Shown: positions 51,360 through 64,000 of the stretch, piece by piece
How positions within the stretch are numbered: position 1 is the stretch's first letter
Layout: each line of letters opens with the position of its first letter
Source of the DNA: Marsupella aquatica
Lineage: Eukaryota; Plantae; Marchantiophyta
Length of the DNA stretch: 64,000 bases
Assembly (NCBI GenBank): GCA_973895155.1
Contig: OZ316892.1
Coordinates: 10,644,283-10,708,282, forward strand
Direction: 5' to 3'
Position numbers and translations under genes: made by a program
Notes under the pieces: generated by a model
Database searches by the model: none
The model's input: the letters and a program-made list of their open reading frames with translations, nothing else
What the model was told of the DNA's origin: nothing

Positions 51360-51833
51360 TGTTGAGCATAGACGACATTCGTAATGGCAAGCCCATGAAC
51401 CATCCAACGCACAATAGTCGACATAGAGAGATACGTGGTTCACCTCCACATGAGGCTACGTCCACGGGAACACACAAGAGCTTTACTGCACTCTAGGCCG
51501 ACCGGCCATACCAAGCATCCACAGCACAAGCTCTCCCTATCTCTCAACTAGCTCCGTAACAATGAGCCTAAGTTCCACCAGGGTCTGGCATCAGCCCTAG
51601 CTATATACACAACAGCACTACCGCTAACATTAGCAAGTCCTAACCCAAGTTGTGCTGTGGATGCTTGGTATGGCCGGTCGGCATAGAGTGCAATAAAGCT
51701 CTTGTATGTTCCCATGGACGTAGCCTCATGTGGAGGTGAACCATGTATCTCTGTGTGTCGACTATTGTGCATTGGATGGTTCATGGGCTTGCCATTACGA
51801 ATGTCGTCTATGCTCAACAAGTGGTATCAGAGC
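51360..51833 (+). mobile_element. Putative LTR (TG...CA, 460 bp) with 170-bp terminal inverted arms followed by a tRNA-iMet primer-binding site
   Basis: Starts TGTTGAGCAT (51360) and ends ATGCTCAACA (51819), then AG, then TGGTATCAGAGC (51822-51833). Arms 51360-51529 and 51650-51819 are near-perfect reverse complements. Confidence 0.75.
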
Positions 51834-52894
51834 AATATCTAACATTCTTTAGGGGGGAAGGCGCAAGGGCTTGGCTTATGGCTAATCCAACCATTGATAT
51901 TTCATGTCTAGAGGATGTCGCCAAAGGCGTTCTTGGTAGCCATCCGTCTCTTGCAGATGCGATGACACATGCCTTGAGTCTATCCTCTTTGGTGTAGTAT
52001 TGGCATAGAGACAGAAGTTTTTTTTATGCTACCATGTGGAACACAACACTATTGCTCTAGCCCTTTCATGGGACTCTGGTACATATGAGGGAGGAGGTGG
52101 TGCTTGATTTGCCTGGTCCTTTGCCACATAGATTATGTGCAATATTATTATGGTACAAGATGACAAGGTGTGCCTTGGCAAATGTTGTGGTAGCCAATCC
52201 TTTGTGCTAGGACAACATTGGGATAGCATCATCACAAGGAGGGGAGGCAGTGACACACGCGATAATGGCAAAAGAGGAGAAATATGGAGCATGAGCTTCA
52301 CCAGGTCCTTCCTACTAATGTTACCGAGATATTTGGTATATTCTATCATAAATTTAATGGGCTCATTTGACAGGCAGCTTGAGACACTCAGACATGGGCT
52401 GGTTTTGCATGACCACCACTGTCCATTTGGACAACCCACTTCTGTTAGCAGATTTTGGTAAGGTTATAATGTGCTCAAGCTTGGGCTATCCACTGTAGAT
52501 CTCTAGAAGCAATTACCAGTGTGCCTAAGCAGAGGCTTGCCCCGTTAGCAGACATCCATATCCCACTTGGAGATTATGTGACTTAGTTTTGACACTAAAT
52601 GTTGACCATATATTAGACCATCACGCTATTGCAATGGTAGATTATTTCCTAGTTTTTCCTTCTTCTTTCTAGGTTCTAGGTTCTAGGTTTGCATTTACCC
52701 TCTTCTATACAGTTTAAGTTTGGGTTTCTTTTGCTTCTTACTCTTTTTTTAGTATATTGGTTCTTTTTCTCATAGTTCACTCCCTTCTTCATCTTACAAC
52801 TCTAATGTCCAAAGCAGGGTGTATAGTCGTTCTCTACTCAGATACACCGGACAGCCATGTTTGCGCAATCTGCCAAACGAGGGTCTGGGGAAAT

Positions 52895-53135
52895 AATTTC
52901 TGGCTCCCCACTCCCAAGGCAAAAATGGACATGTTGAATGCAACTGGCCAAACAAAGTAAAATGGGGTCAAAGTAAGAGAGGTAGATGAACACCAAACTC
53001 TCTGGCTTCCCACTCTTAAGGCAAAAATGGACATGTTGCATGCAACTGGCCAAACAAAGTAAAATGGGGTAAGAGCAAGAGAGGTAGCCAAACAAAGTAA
53101 AATGGGGTAAAAGCAAGGGAGGTAGACAAACACCA
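52895..53135. repeat. ~100-bp tandem duplication plus ~40-bp sub-units upstream of SF3B4
   Basis: aaggcaaaaatggacatgttg.atgcaactggccaaacaaagtaaaatgggg x2; ccaaacaaagtaaaatggggt x3. Confidence 0.8.
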
Positions 53136-53629
53136 AACTCAAAAGAAGAAGGCAACTGCAACTTCAAAAAACCTAGAAAGGGAAAAAATGCACTTCCAAA
53201 CTTCGAAAAACCTAGAAAAGAAACAGATGCAATAATCTCACCCCCCCAAAAAAAAAACCTAGAAAGCGTAAGAAATAAGAGAAGAAAATACACTACTACA
53301 ATAGAGTTTGGGCAAAAGCAAACTCCCAAGGGTTTTTGGAGACCTTCGATTCGGCCCCGAAAGCTATTGATTTCGTCGAAGTTATTTTAGTGCTCTGGCC
53401 GAAGCCCAAGTCTGCAATCGAGCAGGCGAATCGAATCGAGGCAAGCTCTGGTCCACGGTCGGACGCCTCAAGTTCGCCGTTGCGGCTAGTGTCGTCGTTG
53501 TTCACAGGACCAGAAGCAGAGCCGCGGAAGAACAAAATGCTGCAGCTCCGCAAGTCATCCTCTTGTAATGGTTAACCCGAAGAAATTGGAGGGGAGTAGA
53601 CTATAACGATCACTCCAAGGAAAGAAGAA

Positions 53630-53651
53630 GCAGCAGCAGCAGCAGCAGCAG
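53630..53651 (+). repeat. (CAG)7 tract in the SF3B4 5' UTR
   Basis: gcagcagcagcagcagcagcag about 12 nt upstream of the ATG. Confidence 0.85.
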
Positions 53652-53663
53652 AAGACGAAGGAG

Positions 53664-56600
53664 ATGACGACGCGGATCACCCCAGGGGTGGGAGCCAATC
53701 TCCTCGGGCAGCACGCAGCGGAGCGCAACCAGGATGCCACTGCGTACGTGGGAAATCTCGATGCTCAGGTTGGTTCTTGTTGTCTTTCACTCTCGCTCTC
53801 CCTTTGCCCTCCCCACCGTGACTGGAGGCCATTTTCCCTCAGTTTTCTTGCTCTGGTATCTTTCGTGCTGCCGTTTGTGCTTGTACTGTTTCCTTTCTCA
53901 AACTTCCAGTGCTGCCGTCACAATGGGCAATGTAATGTCGCCACCGGAGCAAATGTTTGTGTCCCGAAAATTCGAGGTCGAGGTTGTTCGATAGAAATAT
54001 CGGTCTGCTGTTGTATTCGGTACAGGAAGCTTCACTTTCAGACATCTTCACAGGGTATTGTTAGACGGCATCCGGATTGTGGATAAACATGTGAATTTAA
54101 GCAAGTTTAGGCATAAACCCCGACGTCCTTTGTGCACCAGAGAAAACTCCTCTGGACGCATTAGGGTTTAGGGGAGTCTTTCATGATTTTCTATGTTTAA
54201 AGAGTGTTGGACTTGGGGAAAGGCGTGGTTTAATTAAGAATTGGCTGAGCAATTTAGATGAGTTGTCGAAGTTGAAGCAATTTTCCGGTTCCGATATCGC
54301 CAGTTGAGTTCTAATGTTGACGGATATGACCGCAGTGGATCCAAGGGTTTAAGGGAAACTCGTGTAAATGGACCAAATACGTATTCAGGGATGTCTTTTC
54401 TCGTCAATATGGGGCGGGGGCTATTAGATTTGGTGAATGATGGAATTAATGCAGGCCTATTTTCTTAACAACACGAGAAAACTGCACGTGGTTTCCACGT
54501 AATGAATTCTGTGTTCGTGTTGTCAAACAGCTGGTGGTCACTAGCAATCACATAGTCGATAGGCTCCGATGTCTCAGGCTCTTCAGACCACTTCGAATAT
54601 GAAATAAACGCTGTCTAGATAACCCTGACATAGAAGACCTTCGGCATTTGAGCTAATATTGCGCCTCCTGAGTTCAAAAATACTGTAGGAACCAAAATTT
54701 CTGGGGAAGTTAAAGTCTCACCATCTGTGCTAGGCTCCCCTTGCAGCGGGAGAAGAATTGCATGATTGAACTTTCGTCTTCAGTCTAAAATATATCATCT
54801 TAGTACGTCATTGGAAGCTGATCATATTTCTCGCCTTCTTGCTTTGCAATTCAATCTCGACAAGCATGGATACCTTGAAAGCTGTTCGTAAAAATGTGTA
54901 AGGTGACAGGTCGTTCGTTTTTACTCCCAGTGTCCTCTGCATCGTAACCCTCAAATTCTTGGTGAAATAGGATACAAGCTGACTTGTTGAGTCTTATCAT
55001 CATGTTCATTCAGGTCTCAGAGGAGCTTCTTTGGGAGTTATTTGTGCAAGCCGGGCCAGTCGGTACGTTCTGACATGAATCGTCTGATACCACACTGCTT
55101 CACGAATTGCGTTTTGCGATTTGCATGCACATTGAGCGGAAAGAAATTAGAGTAAGTTTTGAAGCTGCACTAGAGGGTGTCCAATTACAATTGGATACAT
55201 TTTTGTCTGGATTTTAACTGAGAGTATTGGCAAAGGCCAAGCTGACACGAGGGTTGACGGTGCATGACAGTTAATGTGTACGTACCGAAAGACAGAGTTA
55301 CAAACCTTCATCAGGGCTATGGGTTTGTCGAGTTTCGAAGTGAAGAAGATGCTGATTATGTGAGTAATTTGACAGGACCTTCCCATCAGGGCTACGTCAA
55401 ATTGGCCACGTTCGGTAGGGCCCAGAGTGTTAGTGGTAAACGTATCTTGGCTTTATGTTAGGTTTTGGAGATGAGAAGCTGACATTTGTATGCAAGCTGT
55501 TTCTCGCAGTGGATTGGGCTGAACTTTTGGATGATGTGCTTTGTGATTCACTTTCCTTTTACTGTCTGCCAGGCCATCAAGATTCTTAATATGATCAAGC
55601 TATATGGGAAGCCAATTCGTGTCAACAAGGTAACCTTTGATAGCTTGTCGAATCGTCCACATCTTCTAGACTGCCAGAGATGTAGTCATTCAATGCTCTT
55701 TCATTGATAGGAATTTTCAGTGCTGCAGTCAGGTTTTCCATGTCTGAGGTATTCACACCTGCTGCGTTTTGAGCTAATTGCAAGTCGTCATATGACCAAA
55801 CCCATAGGGGAAGACCCAGTCTTTGGCATCTGATATAATTAAACTTAGGATATTATAATGTTTTTATAAATGAAATTATAAAGAATTATAATAATAATTT
55901 TTGTAGTGCCTGTCTCTGGCGTTTATCCCAGGAAGTATTAGCCGTGGTTTATGTTCCAGCCTTTCCTCAGTAACAATGTGTGAAGGAAACCTGTAGAGAA
56001 GATGTTAGAACATCCTGAACTGCTCAAGTGCTCATTCTGTGATATTTAATGTTCAGGCTTCTCAGGACAAGAAAAGCTTGGATGTCGGTGCCAATCTTTT
56101 CGTAGGAAATCTGGATCCGGTGAGTACTGCCTTTTTTGTGGAGCTGTTAGCACTGGCCGCCGATCCGGTCAAGGGTTTCAATAATTTGCAAGGGATTTTG
56201 CGTTCACTTCGCCTTTGCCGTTGGCTTTTCTGATCGCATGCTGGGCTATAAAGGCTAGATATTATCAGACCTGTGTATGTGTTCGTTTCCTATTATGCCA
56301 ATATTCTGAGGTTTTCTTGTCGGTGTCATGCAGGATGTGGATGAGAAGCTTCTATATGATACATTCAGTGCATTTGGAGTTATTGTTACAAATCCCAAGG
56401 TGATTTACAGGGATTTCTTCAAGTTGTTATATGTCTATAATCAGCAAAATTATTTCAGCGTGAATGACGATTCGTACACGCCAAGTGCGTGATTACGTCT
56501 GTACTATTATCTACTTTTATCCACCGTGTCTTTTGATGTTTCTCAATTAACACGTCTGGAACCTTTCTCTTTTCCTACCCTCGATACCGGTGATCTGGTT

Positions 56601-57964
56601 AGATCTCCCTGAGTTCGTTACTTGCTGGATCATACGGACGTTCATTGCAACTGAAACTACTTTGTACAATGTTTGCTGTCAGATCATGAGAGATCCAGAC
56701 TCAGGAAACTCCCGAGGTTTTGGTTTTATCAGTTATGACTCCTTTGAGGCTTCAGATGCTGCGATTGAAGTAAGATCTCTGTTTCAATTTAAAATGATTC
56801 ATGTTTCAGGTTGTAGAGTAGATTGTTATTAGCGTGGTTCAGATACTAATGTGTTTCCACCACACAAGCAGTCCTTGTGCCATACGAGAAAAAAACCGTT
56901 TTCTAGTTCTGCTTCGTATCGAGTGTCGGTGATAACCTTCAAAGCTCGCTGTCCGCACAGGCAATGAATGGACAATATCTGTGTAATCGCCCAATCACTG
57001 TGTCATATGCTTACAAGAAAGACACAAAAGGAGAGCGTCATGGCACACCTGCAGGTTTGGTCTCTTTCAGGATCTTGTTTACTTGGAATGAAGGAGGTTT
57101 TCTCTGTTTTAAACACTCGTTCTATGGAACTTTGTCCTTCAAGAGTGCTTGTATTAATGAGATGCTTGGTTTATCATTGCAGAGAGGATGTTGGCTTCTA
57201 GTAACCCGAATTCACAAAAGAATCGACCGCATACACTGTTTGCTAGTGGCCCCCCTTCAATAGTAGGGCCTCCTGTTGCAGGTGCTGGTCCACCCGCTCC
57301 ACCCCAAGCCAACGGCAGCTCAGGTCCTCCGGCCAATGGAAACATGATGCCCCCACCTCCATTTGGAAATGGCCCACCACCAATGCCACCTCCCCCTCCT
57401 CAACAGGGCCCGCCGTCTCAGCCACCTCCGCCCCAAGGGCCTCCTGGTCACTTTGGAGGACCCCCCAATCAAGGACCTCCACACCAGATGCCTCCACCAG
57501 GTTCTGGTCCACCTCCTTGGGGAAATCAAGGACCTCAGCATGGTGGAATGCCACCACATGGACAGGGAGGAATGCCGCCCCACCAAGGAGGCATGCCCCC
57601 TCCACCCCAATATAGGCCTGGGCCTCCACCTCCAAATATGCCACCTCCTCCAGGGCCACCACCACAAGGGTATCAAGGATTTAGACCACCTCCGCCTCCC
57701 ATGGGAATGGGAGGCCCGCCTCCACCTTGGGGAAGGGGGCCTCCTCCTCAGGGTGGAATGCGTCCTCCTATGCAGGGCATGCCCCCACCTCCAATGAATC
57801 AGTCAGGTCCACCGATGCAAGGTATGCCACCCCGAGGTCCCCCTGGTATGCCACCTCAAGGTATGATGCCTCCCCCTCCTCCAAGGCAGCAAGGCCCGCC
57901 ACCTCCAGGTGGTCCTCCTCCTCCACCTCCTGCGCCTGCTCCTATTCAACAACAGGCTAGGTAA
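53664..57964 (+). CDS. SF3B4: Splicing factor 3B subunit 4 (SAP49; two RRMs + Pro-rich tail), ~463 aa; exons 53664-53768, 55014-55062, 55271-55359, 55573-55629, 56057-56119, 56334-56399, 56683-56769, 56961-57054, 57183-57964
   Basis: Spliced protein [118 protein letters not shown]. Eight GT-AG introns; 1392 nt in frame. The final AG|GTAA could alternatively be a splice donor. Confidence 0.96.
54162..54169 (-). promoter_or_regulatory. Telo-box (AAACCCTA) in SF3B4 intron 1
   Basis: Exact TAGGGTTT on the + strand. Telo-boxes are typical near plant translation and RNA-processing genes, but an 8-mer can occur by chance. Confidence 0.3.
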
Positions 57965-58966
57965 AGTAGTTATAGAAAGTTTCTTCAGGTAGCCATTGTA
58001 GGACATAGTTTTTCAATTATTAACGAAATTTTGTTTCTAAACCGCCCCTGGCTGTATTCACCAATCACATGGTTTTAGCTCTAAGTTGAAATGCGAGAGC
58101 ATCTCATACTTGTAACAGCAGTTTCACTCACGATGTACAGTTCCATGTTGTTGTTAGAGTTTCAGTTCCTCTTGTTTGCTTGTTACTTTGGCAACTTGGA
58201 ATTGCAAGCGTGGCGTGCGTGCATCTTCAGTCTTGGCCTTTTCTGTCAGGGATCTCTACGGAATGGGTTACTACACTGGGCAAGCTTTTGTCGTTGCCCC
58301 TGGTTCACGTTCCATTATTTTGACTGCCAAGAGTCGTCTACTGACGAGACGGAGACGGAGGATTCAGCTTCTCTGCAAACCTTCTTTGAAACATCCCATG
58401 CAAAGTAGGTCTGCGGACAGGGAACTTCAGTATGATCTGGTTTAGAACTGGGTCCCCAGGATGCCTTTTAGTGGACATGCCATGCCTTCGTGAACGAATG
58501 ATAGATAGTGTTCATCATTTAAGTCACTCCACCGAAGCCAGATACGTTTTGGTGTCCATATGGTGCGGGCAGATGGTAGGAACATTCCAAAACCGAGTCC
58601 ACCTCGCAGATTAAGCATGAGAACTTTATTGTAGGAACACCGAGCTTTGTATGTCTGGGACTTATCCACTTCCGACTACTATCCCACTTGTTAGCTGTTG
58701 TCCCAAATCCGAGCATTTTTCCTCTTTGGTTTAGCTTTCTGTGAGGTAGAAAGCTGTGAAAGGGATTGAGTTTTCACAGCCCGGTAGACTTTGCGCATTT
58801 GCTCCAACTCCGTAAGGATAAGATGACAAAGCATAACCCTTATCAGACTCAAAAGTAGAGTTAATGTACAAGATGCAAATAAGTACTACTTTCCGTACTG
58901 CAGTAATTGGACTTCCTTGCAAAAAACGAAAACTGGAATTCCTTTCAGAATGCAAACTGGCTTGGT

Positions 58967-59060
58967 GGCAATCTGAATGTTTGAGAATTCGCAAACTGCT
59001 AGAGTTGAACGGCGGCAATCTGAATGTTTGAGAATTCGCAAACTGCTAGAGTTGAACGGC
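58967..59060. repeat. Perfect 47-bp tandem duplication
   Basis: ggcaatctgaatgtttgagaattcgcaaactgctagagttgaacggc x2. Confidence 0.95.
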
Positions 59061-59319
59061 CTCGACAGTTCAAACTCGTTGGACGAGGACCTTCAGGCTT
59101 TTAATTACTAGCCTGAGTACTACCCAGACTCTCCATGCCCGGCCCTCCGCATAAGCATCATCTAGTTATTAAAGGTCACGAGGCTCAGTCAAAGCGGAGC
59201 TTTTTACTCGAAGAATGGTAGCTGTTACACAACTACATGACCATTGTGTGTTTCTGTCATACAATTACAAGTCCAGGACAATTCAAGCCATGCCCTAAGA
59301 GCAAGTAGCGAAGTCGAAA

Positions 59320-59770
59320 GGCTCAGAATGAAGACACTTTTCTGCCTCGTACTTCAAAAGTCCAATCACAGCAATATTAGAGTCCGCGACATTCATGGAG
59401 CTCGCACACTTTGAGCCGGTGCTGGAGCCAAGAATGAGGCAGGGAAATTACCTTGAAAGCTGATTTGGCAAATGAACACATCGTATCAGAGCAATGCAGC
59501 AATTCTCTCAAACTCGAATCAATTCTGCTATTCACTCCACCCATGATCAATTGACAAGGAGACGTAAGGGTGGTGTGCATGCTAACCAAGTATGCTACAT
59601 GAACTCATGTACCTACAAAAGTGCAGAAGATAGGACAGGGGAGCAAACATGAGTTACAACCACAATGAATCCAGCCAACGTCCGTGTGGAGGGAAAGGCT
59701 AGAGGAGTACCTCTGGTAAGGGAGTTTGGCAAACACGCCAGTCATTGCAATATTCCCGATCAAATCTGGG
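59320..59770 (-). pseudogene. Partial/decayed paralog of the LRR gene (last two exons, intron and 3' UTR)
   Basis: 59320-59770 aligns with 62320-62800. DLIGNIAMTGVFAKLPYQ|SFQGNFPASFLAPAP* compares with [18 protein letters not shown]|[18 protein letters not shown]. No intact upstream LRR exons were found. Confidence 0.7.
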
Positions 59771-62368
59771 CTCAATTGGACATTCTCATCCGGCAATCAT
59801 TGGATTAATCTGTATCTGTCCTGCCTCGAGAGCTCAATGTCCATCGAGCTAGTGTTTTATGTCACGCTGAATACCTTCCAAATTAGCGACAGTTGTCCAC
59901 GGCACCGCAGCCAGAAGCATAGAACACCAAGACGGGAATAGCGCTGACACCGGGCCCAAATGGCTCGGTGTTAGGATCCCATCCATTCCCCACCAAATGA
60001 ATGCTCGACTCGTCATAGGCTGTTGCAGACTGATGGATCTGTCCGAACTTTCCGAAGCTCAGTATTTACGGGAGAGAGTGAAAGCTTCAAGCTGGCCAGA
60101 CGTTTGGAATCTCAGTAGTAAGCGTTGATGTGGAGTAGTACGTACGTGGCTATCCAAGGAATACAAGAGTATCACCAGCACAAATTAAAAATGGAGGAGC
60201 ACCGCAATCAGTTGCTCTTCCTGCCGAGGGTCCCTTCCTAGCTTCCGATGGCCGCGACGCCCACTGCTTATGTATTGTCGCTCCATTCCATCCGTCTATC
60301 TCTTTGGCCGTCTCTCACTTTGTCCGTAATGGAGCTCAGACTACTTCCAAAATTGTTTTGATTTCAATTCAATTGTCCGACGGAATGTGTCCAGGGTGTC
60401 AAAAGATTACACGTTACTAAATCCGACTTCTGCTCGCTCTTGCGAGCCGGGCTCTGTTTCAGCAGGGACTGGTGACTGTGAGAATCCGATTCACGATAGA
60501 TCAAATCGGTCTACCGGTCGAGTTTGAGGAACATGAGGATGCCAGCGTCGGTGCTTCGAAATCGGAGCGCACATGTAAACTAGAGGCCAACTTTGTATTG
60601 GTTGGAGAGAAAGTGCATGTGACGGCTAAGGTGGAATTGTCGGCACCCGCCACCGTGCAGAAATTCGTTAGGGCAAGTCCGGTCCAGGTTGTTCGATCGT
60701 GGACTGATGAGAGCTAGGTCTAGAAGCATTCCTCTACGAACATTAGACTAGCGTCGTCATTTGTACTGCCAGATATTTAATTACATCTTGTTGTTCCCCT
60801 TCGCATTCGATGCGTTGGGCGGTAGATTTTGAGTTTGTTTGACTGAGGGCTTGGCTACAATTTGGCAATATGGCCTCCTTATCACCGAGCTTATTAATCT
60901 CATGCGCATCGTTTACGAGATACTCACGGGAATTGAGCAATCAACCGTGAATGAAATGCAGAGATTGATAATTGCACAAGCCTGAGGTATTTATTATACG
61001 TGAAGCTACGTAACTCGAGGAGTGACAGGGTAACAGCATCTGCAGTCATCGTTGTGAGGGGAGGGACTGAATCAGTGCAAGGAGCGCTCCATGATAATTA
61101 GTTGAAATGAGCTATCCTTATCGGACTCCAACGTAGTAGTTATACTTTTCGTTTCGCAATGGTGAGATTTCTTTCCAGAACAAAATTTGGCTTCGTGGCG
61201 ACATGAATGTTCGAGAATTTGGTTTAGGGTCACTTGCGGGAGATCGAGGAGGGCAATCCCTGGCTTATTACTACAGAAAGCCAACTCCAGGCGTTTTGAT
61301 TATTTGGAGTGATTGTCCGTCGTGAATTAAAAAATAGAAGCAAAGAGCACCATGCACTCTGGGATCATGCCCGTGATTTTACTAAATCCCTTACAGACCC
61401 AGAGCTCAAACGAGAAGGTGGATCGATCGTCACGAAGTGCTCGGCCGGATAAATTGAGTAAAGAATCACAACACAAATATTCAATTTCAATGGAGGAAAG
61501 GAAACCTACAGCAGTACGATTCTGCAACTCTTTGGTTTAATACATCTCAATGGATCACAAATCATTCTTAGTGGCTTCTTCTCTCACACTCAAATTGAGT
61601 GAGAGCCCACCCCTTCGACGCGGCCATATAATACAGTGCAGCATGCATTCGTGGGTACCTGACCCAATTCCTCCAATGCTTGAGAAAGATGGATTCTGAA
61701 AAGTATAATTCCCGGACGAGCTTCTTCATTCCAAGCACCGACAGGTTTAACAAGTAGAATGACCTTTGAATTCCTCTAAATTTCAAATCAACTATGGCCG
61801 CATGTTTCTGGCTCAGACTAGGATTCTTCTACGACATTTTGGAAACATCATTAAATACTCTGTACTAGAGCTTGTGTTATCTTGCAAGCTTGGAGTACTA
61901 CTGGTCTCAAACGGAAACTAGAGAAAGGGTAACAGTTCATTGGATGGAGGGTGGACCAACTCCTTTCAATGATCATCTGCAGGACACGGGAATCGCAGTC
62001 CACTAGGCTATGAAAGTGCAACTGTGAGCATCACGACTGCCAAAGCCATGGAAAGTCGTAGTGCAAAAGAATTAAGATTGCTGCAATAAAACAGAAAATG
62101 TTAGCTCCACATTCCGATCATGCTCTATAAAGGGCAATCTCCTGAGTTCATCCTCTAATAGATGAATTCACATGACTTCATTTTGCTTAGTTAAAGAGGA
62201 GGTTTCTCTGAAAACGGGTATGGTCTAGAATTATGTATTACGCTGTCATACAAGTCTCGGACAACTCGAGCAATACAATACTACAAGTTAACAATACGAC
62301 AGCAAACTCAATAGCGAGGTAAGGATCAGAATGAAAACAACTTTCTGCCTCGTACTTCAAAAGTCCAC

Positions 62369-64000
62369 TCACAGCAATAGAGAGCCAGCCGTGGATGGAG
62401 CTGGCAGAATTGGAGCCTGAGCTGGACCGAAGAATGAGGCAGGGTAGTGCAGACCTGGATTGCCTTCGAAGCTGATTTGACAAAGAGACACATTAAAGGA
62501 ACAGTTCTATCAGAGAAATGCAGCAATTTTCTCAGACTCGAATCGATTCCGCTATTCATTATCAGTTCATAAGGAGTCATCATTATATAAGCTTATTGTG
62601 CACCCTAGTCAAGTACTATATGAACTCGCGTATGTGCAGAAGTCCAAAAGAAAGGGCAGGGTAACCGGGAGGGAGCAAACATGAGTTACAAACATAATGA
62701 ATCGTAGCCAAAATCCAGTGTGGAGGGAAAGGCTAGAGGACCACCTCTGGTAAGGAAATTGGGTAAACACGCCCGTCACTGGAATATCACCGGTCAAGTC
62801 GTTGTATGAAAGGTCACTACACAGTTTCCAACGAGATTCTTATCACGTAATAAACCAAGGTACGGAGGAACCGGATGTAATGAGGTATTTGCTGACAGTG
62901 TATTTGCCTACAAAACTGCGTATCACAACAATGAAAGTAGCAGCATATTGCTCACAGATCTCTATATTCAACTCAAGTCTTGAGAAGTGTGAACATATGA
63001 TCGATGAAGTGTTAAGAATCTTACAGCACTTGCAGGCTTTGCAAGCCAGTCAGTGACCCTGGTATTGCGCTGGTAAGATTATTTCTGTTTAATTGGCTGT
63101 CCATCCAGACGCCACAGACAACAATGAGCATGGTGGAAGCAAGCGGAACAGCTTCTCTAGTAAACAAAACCAACCGAGCCACCACCCTACGAATTGTGCT
63201 ATCACCAAAATGATTATCACGTCTTCCAATTCAATACATAACATCTTAGATACGTAGAAAGCCAACAAGAGAAGAAGCGAGCAATCCCCGGAGCAATCAT
63301 CCCCTGGAAAAGACCGTACAACATCATTGATCAACTTAAACATCATCGATGAGCACTGGCCGGGATAAATTACAGAAATGTAAGCTGTGAAAGGCTGCCC
63401 AGCTCTGCAGGAATTTCTCCATTGAAATTGTTTTGAGAGAGGTCCAAGCTAACAAGTTGTGTGAGGTTTCCAAGGCTCGATGGAATCGCTCCTCCTATGT
63501 TGTTGTCAGACATTTCCCTGGGAGGACAGTAGGCTGAATCAGATCGCTCAGTGCTCTCCGTGACCATCCACAAATGATCTCGATAATTTCGCGTGAATAT
63601 GTATAACCATTATTTGCCAGATCTCAAGAAATGAAAGAATCACTACCTATGCACTTGGTGACTTCACAAACAGGGGTGGAGACCAATTCATGGACCTCAA
63701 ACCAAAATGATTAATGTACTCGAGTACTGATCAGTTTATGTGTGACCACTTACAGATATTCCAGTTGTGAAAGCTTATCAAGGTCAGACACTAACTGGCC
63801 CGACAGCTGGGAGCTTCCTAGGTCGCTGAAGGGCAAAGCAAAAATGTAACGTCAAAGTCTGTGTTGCCAACCGTTACTGACACTAAGGAGCGAAAACATT
63901 AAATGACTCAAATTTGCAGTTACTCACATTCTGATTACATGACCTTCGTTGTTGCAAGTGAGGTGGGACCAGCTGCAAGGACTTATCGCGGATGGATCCC
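62369..64000 (-). CDS. Small extracellular LRR protein resembling the SERK ectodomain, no TM/kinase (LRR1-like); 5' end outside the window; exons >64000-63928, 63825-63754, 63517-63374, 63096-63025, 62816-62745, 62471-62369
   Basis: [24 protein letters not shown] (LRRNT), [77 protein letters not shown], then a stop. The 72/144-nt exons are typical of the SERK/LRR-II structure. Confidence 0.9.

Noticed and set aside
57243-57960. Overlapping alternative-frame and antisense ORFs in the SF3B4 last exon and in the response-regulator repeat exon (24495-25136)
   Set aside because: Expected by-products of GC-rich Pro/Ser repeat coding sequence.
61072-61284. LLDLPQVTLNQILEH as an F-box motif
   Set aside because: Short match in an ORF with a non-ATG start, with no downstream F-box residues or supporting exons. 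Too weak to call.
1-64000. tRNA, rRNA or conserved land-plant miRNA genes
   Set aside because: None recognised by eye. The only tRNA-related match is the 12-nt PBS at 51822. A tRNAscan/Infernal run would be needed to exclude them.

Overview
Eukaryotic, intron-rich, TE-dense plant nuclear DNA. It is most likely a liverwort or other bryophyte, judged from a liverwort-like plastid ccsA fragment and the gene style; this was not confirmed by a search. Five spliced genes could be reconstructed by hand with GT-AG junctions: a divergent type-B response regulator with a 9-aa-repeat tail (24.2-26.8 kb, -), an organelle-targeted membrane protein (44.1-46.2 kb, +), a DUF2358/NTF2-like plastid protein (47.0-49.4 kb, -), SF3B4 (53.7-58.0 kb, +), and the 3' part of a kinase-less SERK-ectodomain-like LRR gene (62.4-64.0 kb, -) with a decayed paralog nearby. 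The rest is mostly nested, decayed TEs: L1-type LINEs, MITEs with clean TSDs, Helitron ends, and an LTR+PBS remnant. The most unusual feature is an ~11 kb block (29.06-40.21 kb) with Helitron-like ends. It holds a fossil intron-containing gene that reads as a ParB/Srx-like domain followed by a bacterial-type N4C/N6A amino-methyltransferase-like domain once three TSD-flanked insertions are removed. The same block carries an FCP1/NIF-like phosphatase pseudogene and a ccsA NUPT. A second oddity is a putative LTR that is almost entirely a 170-bp hairpin. All protein family calls come from motif recognition by eye, not database searches.
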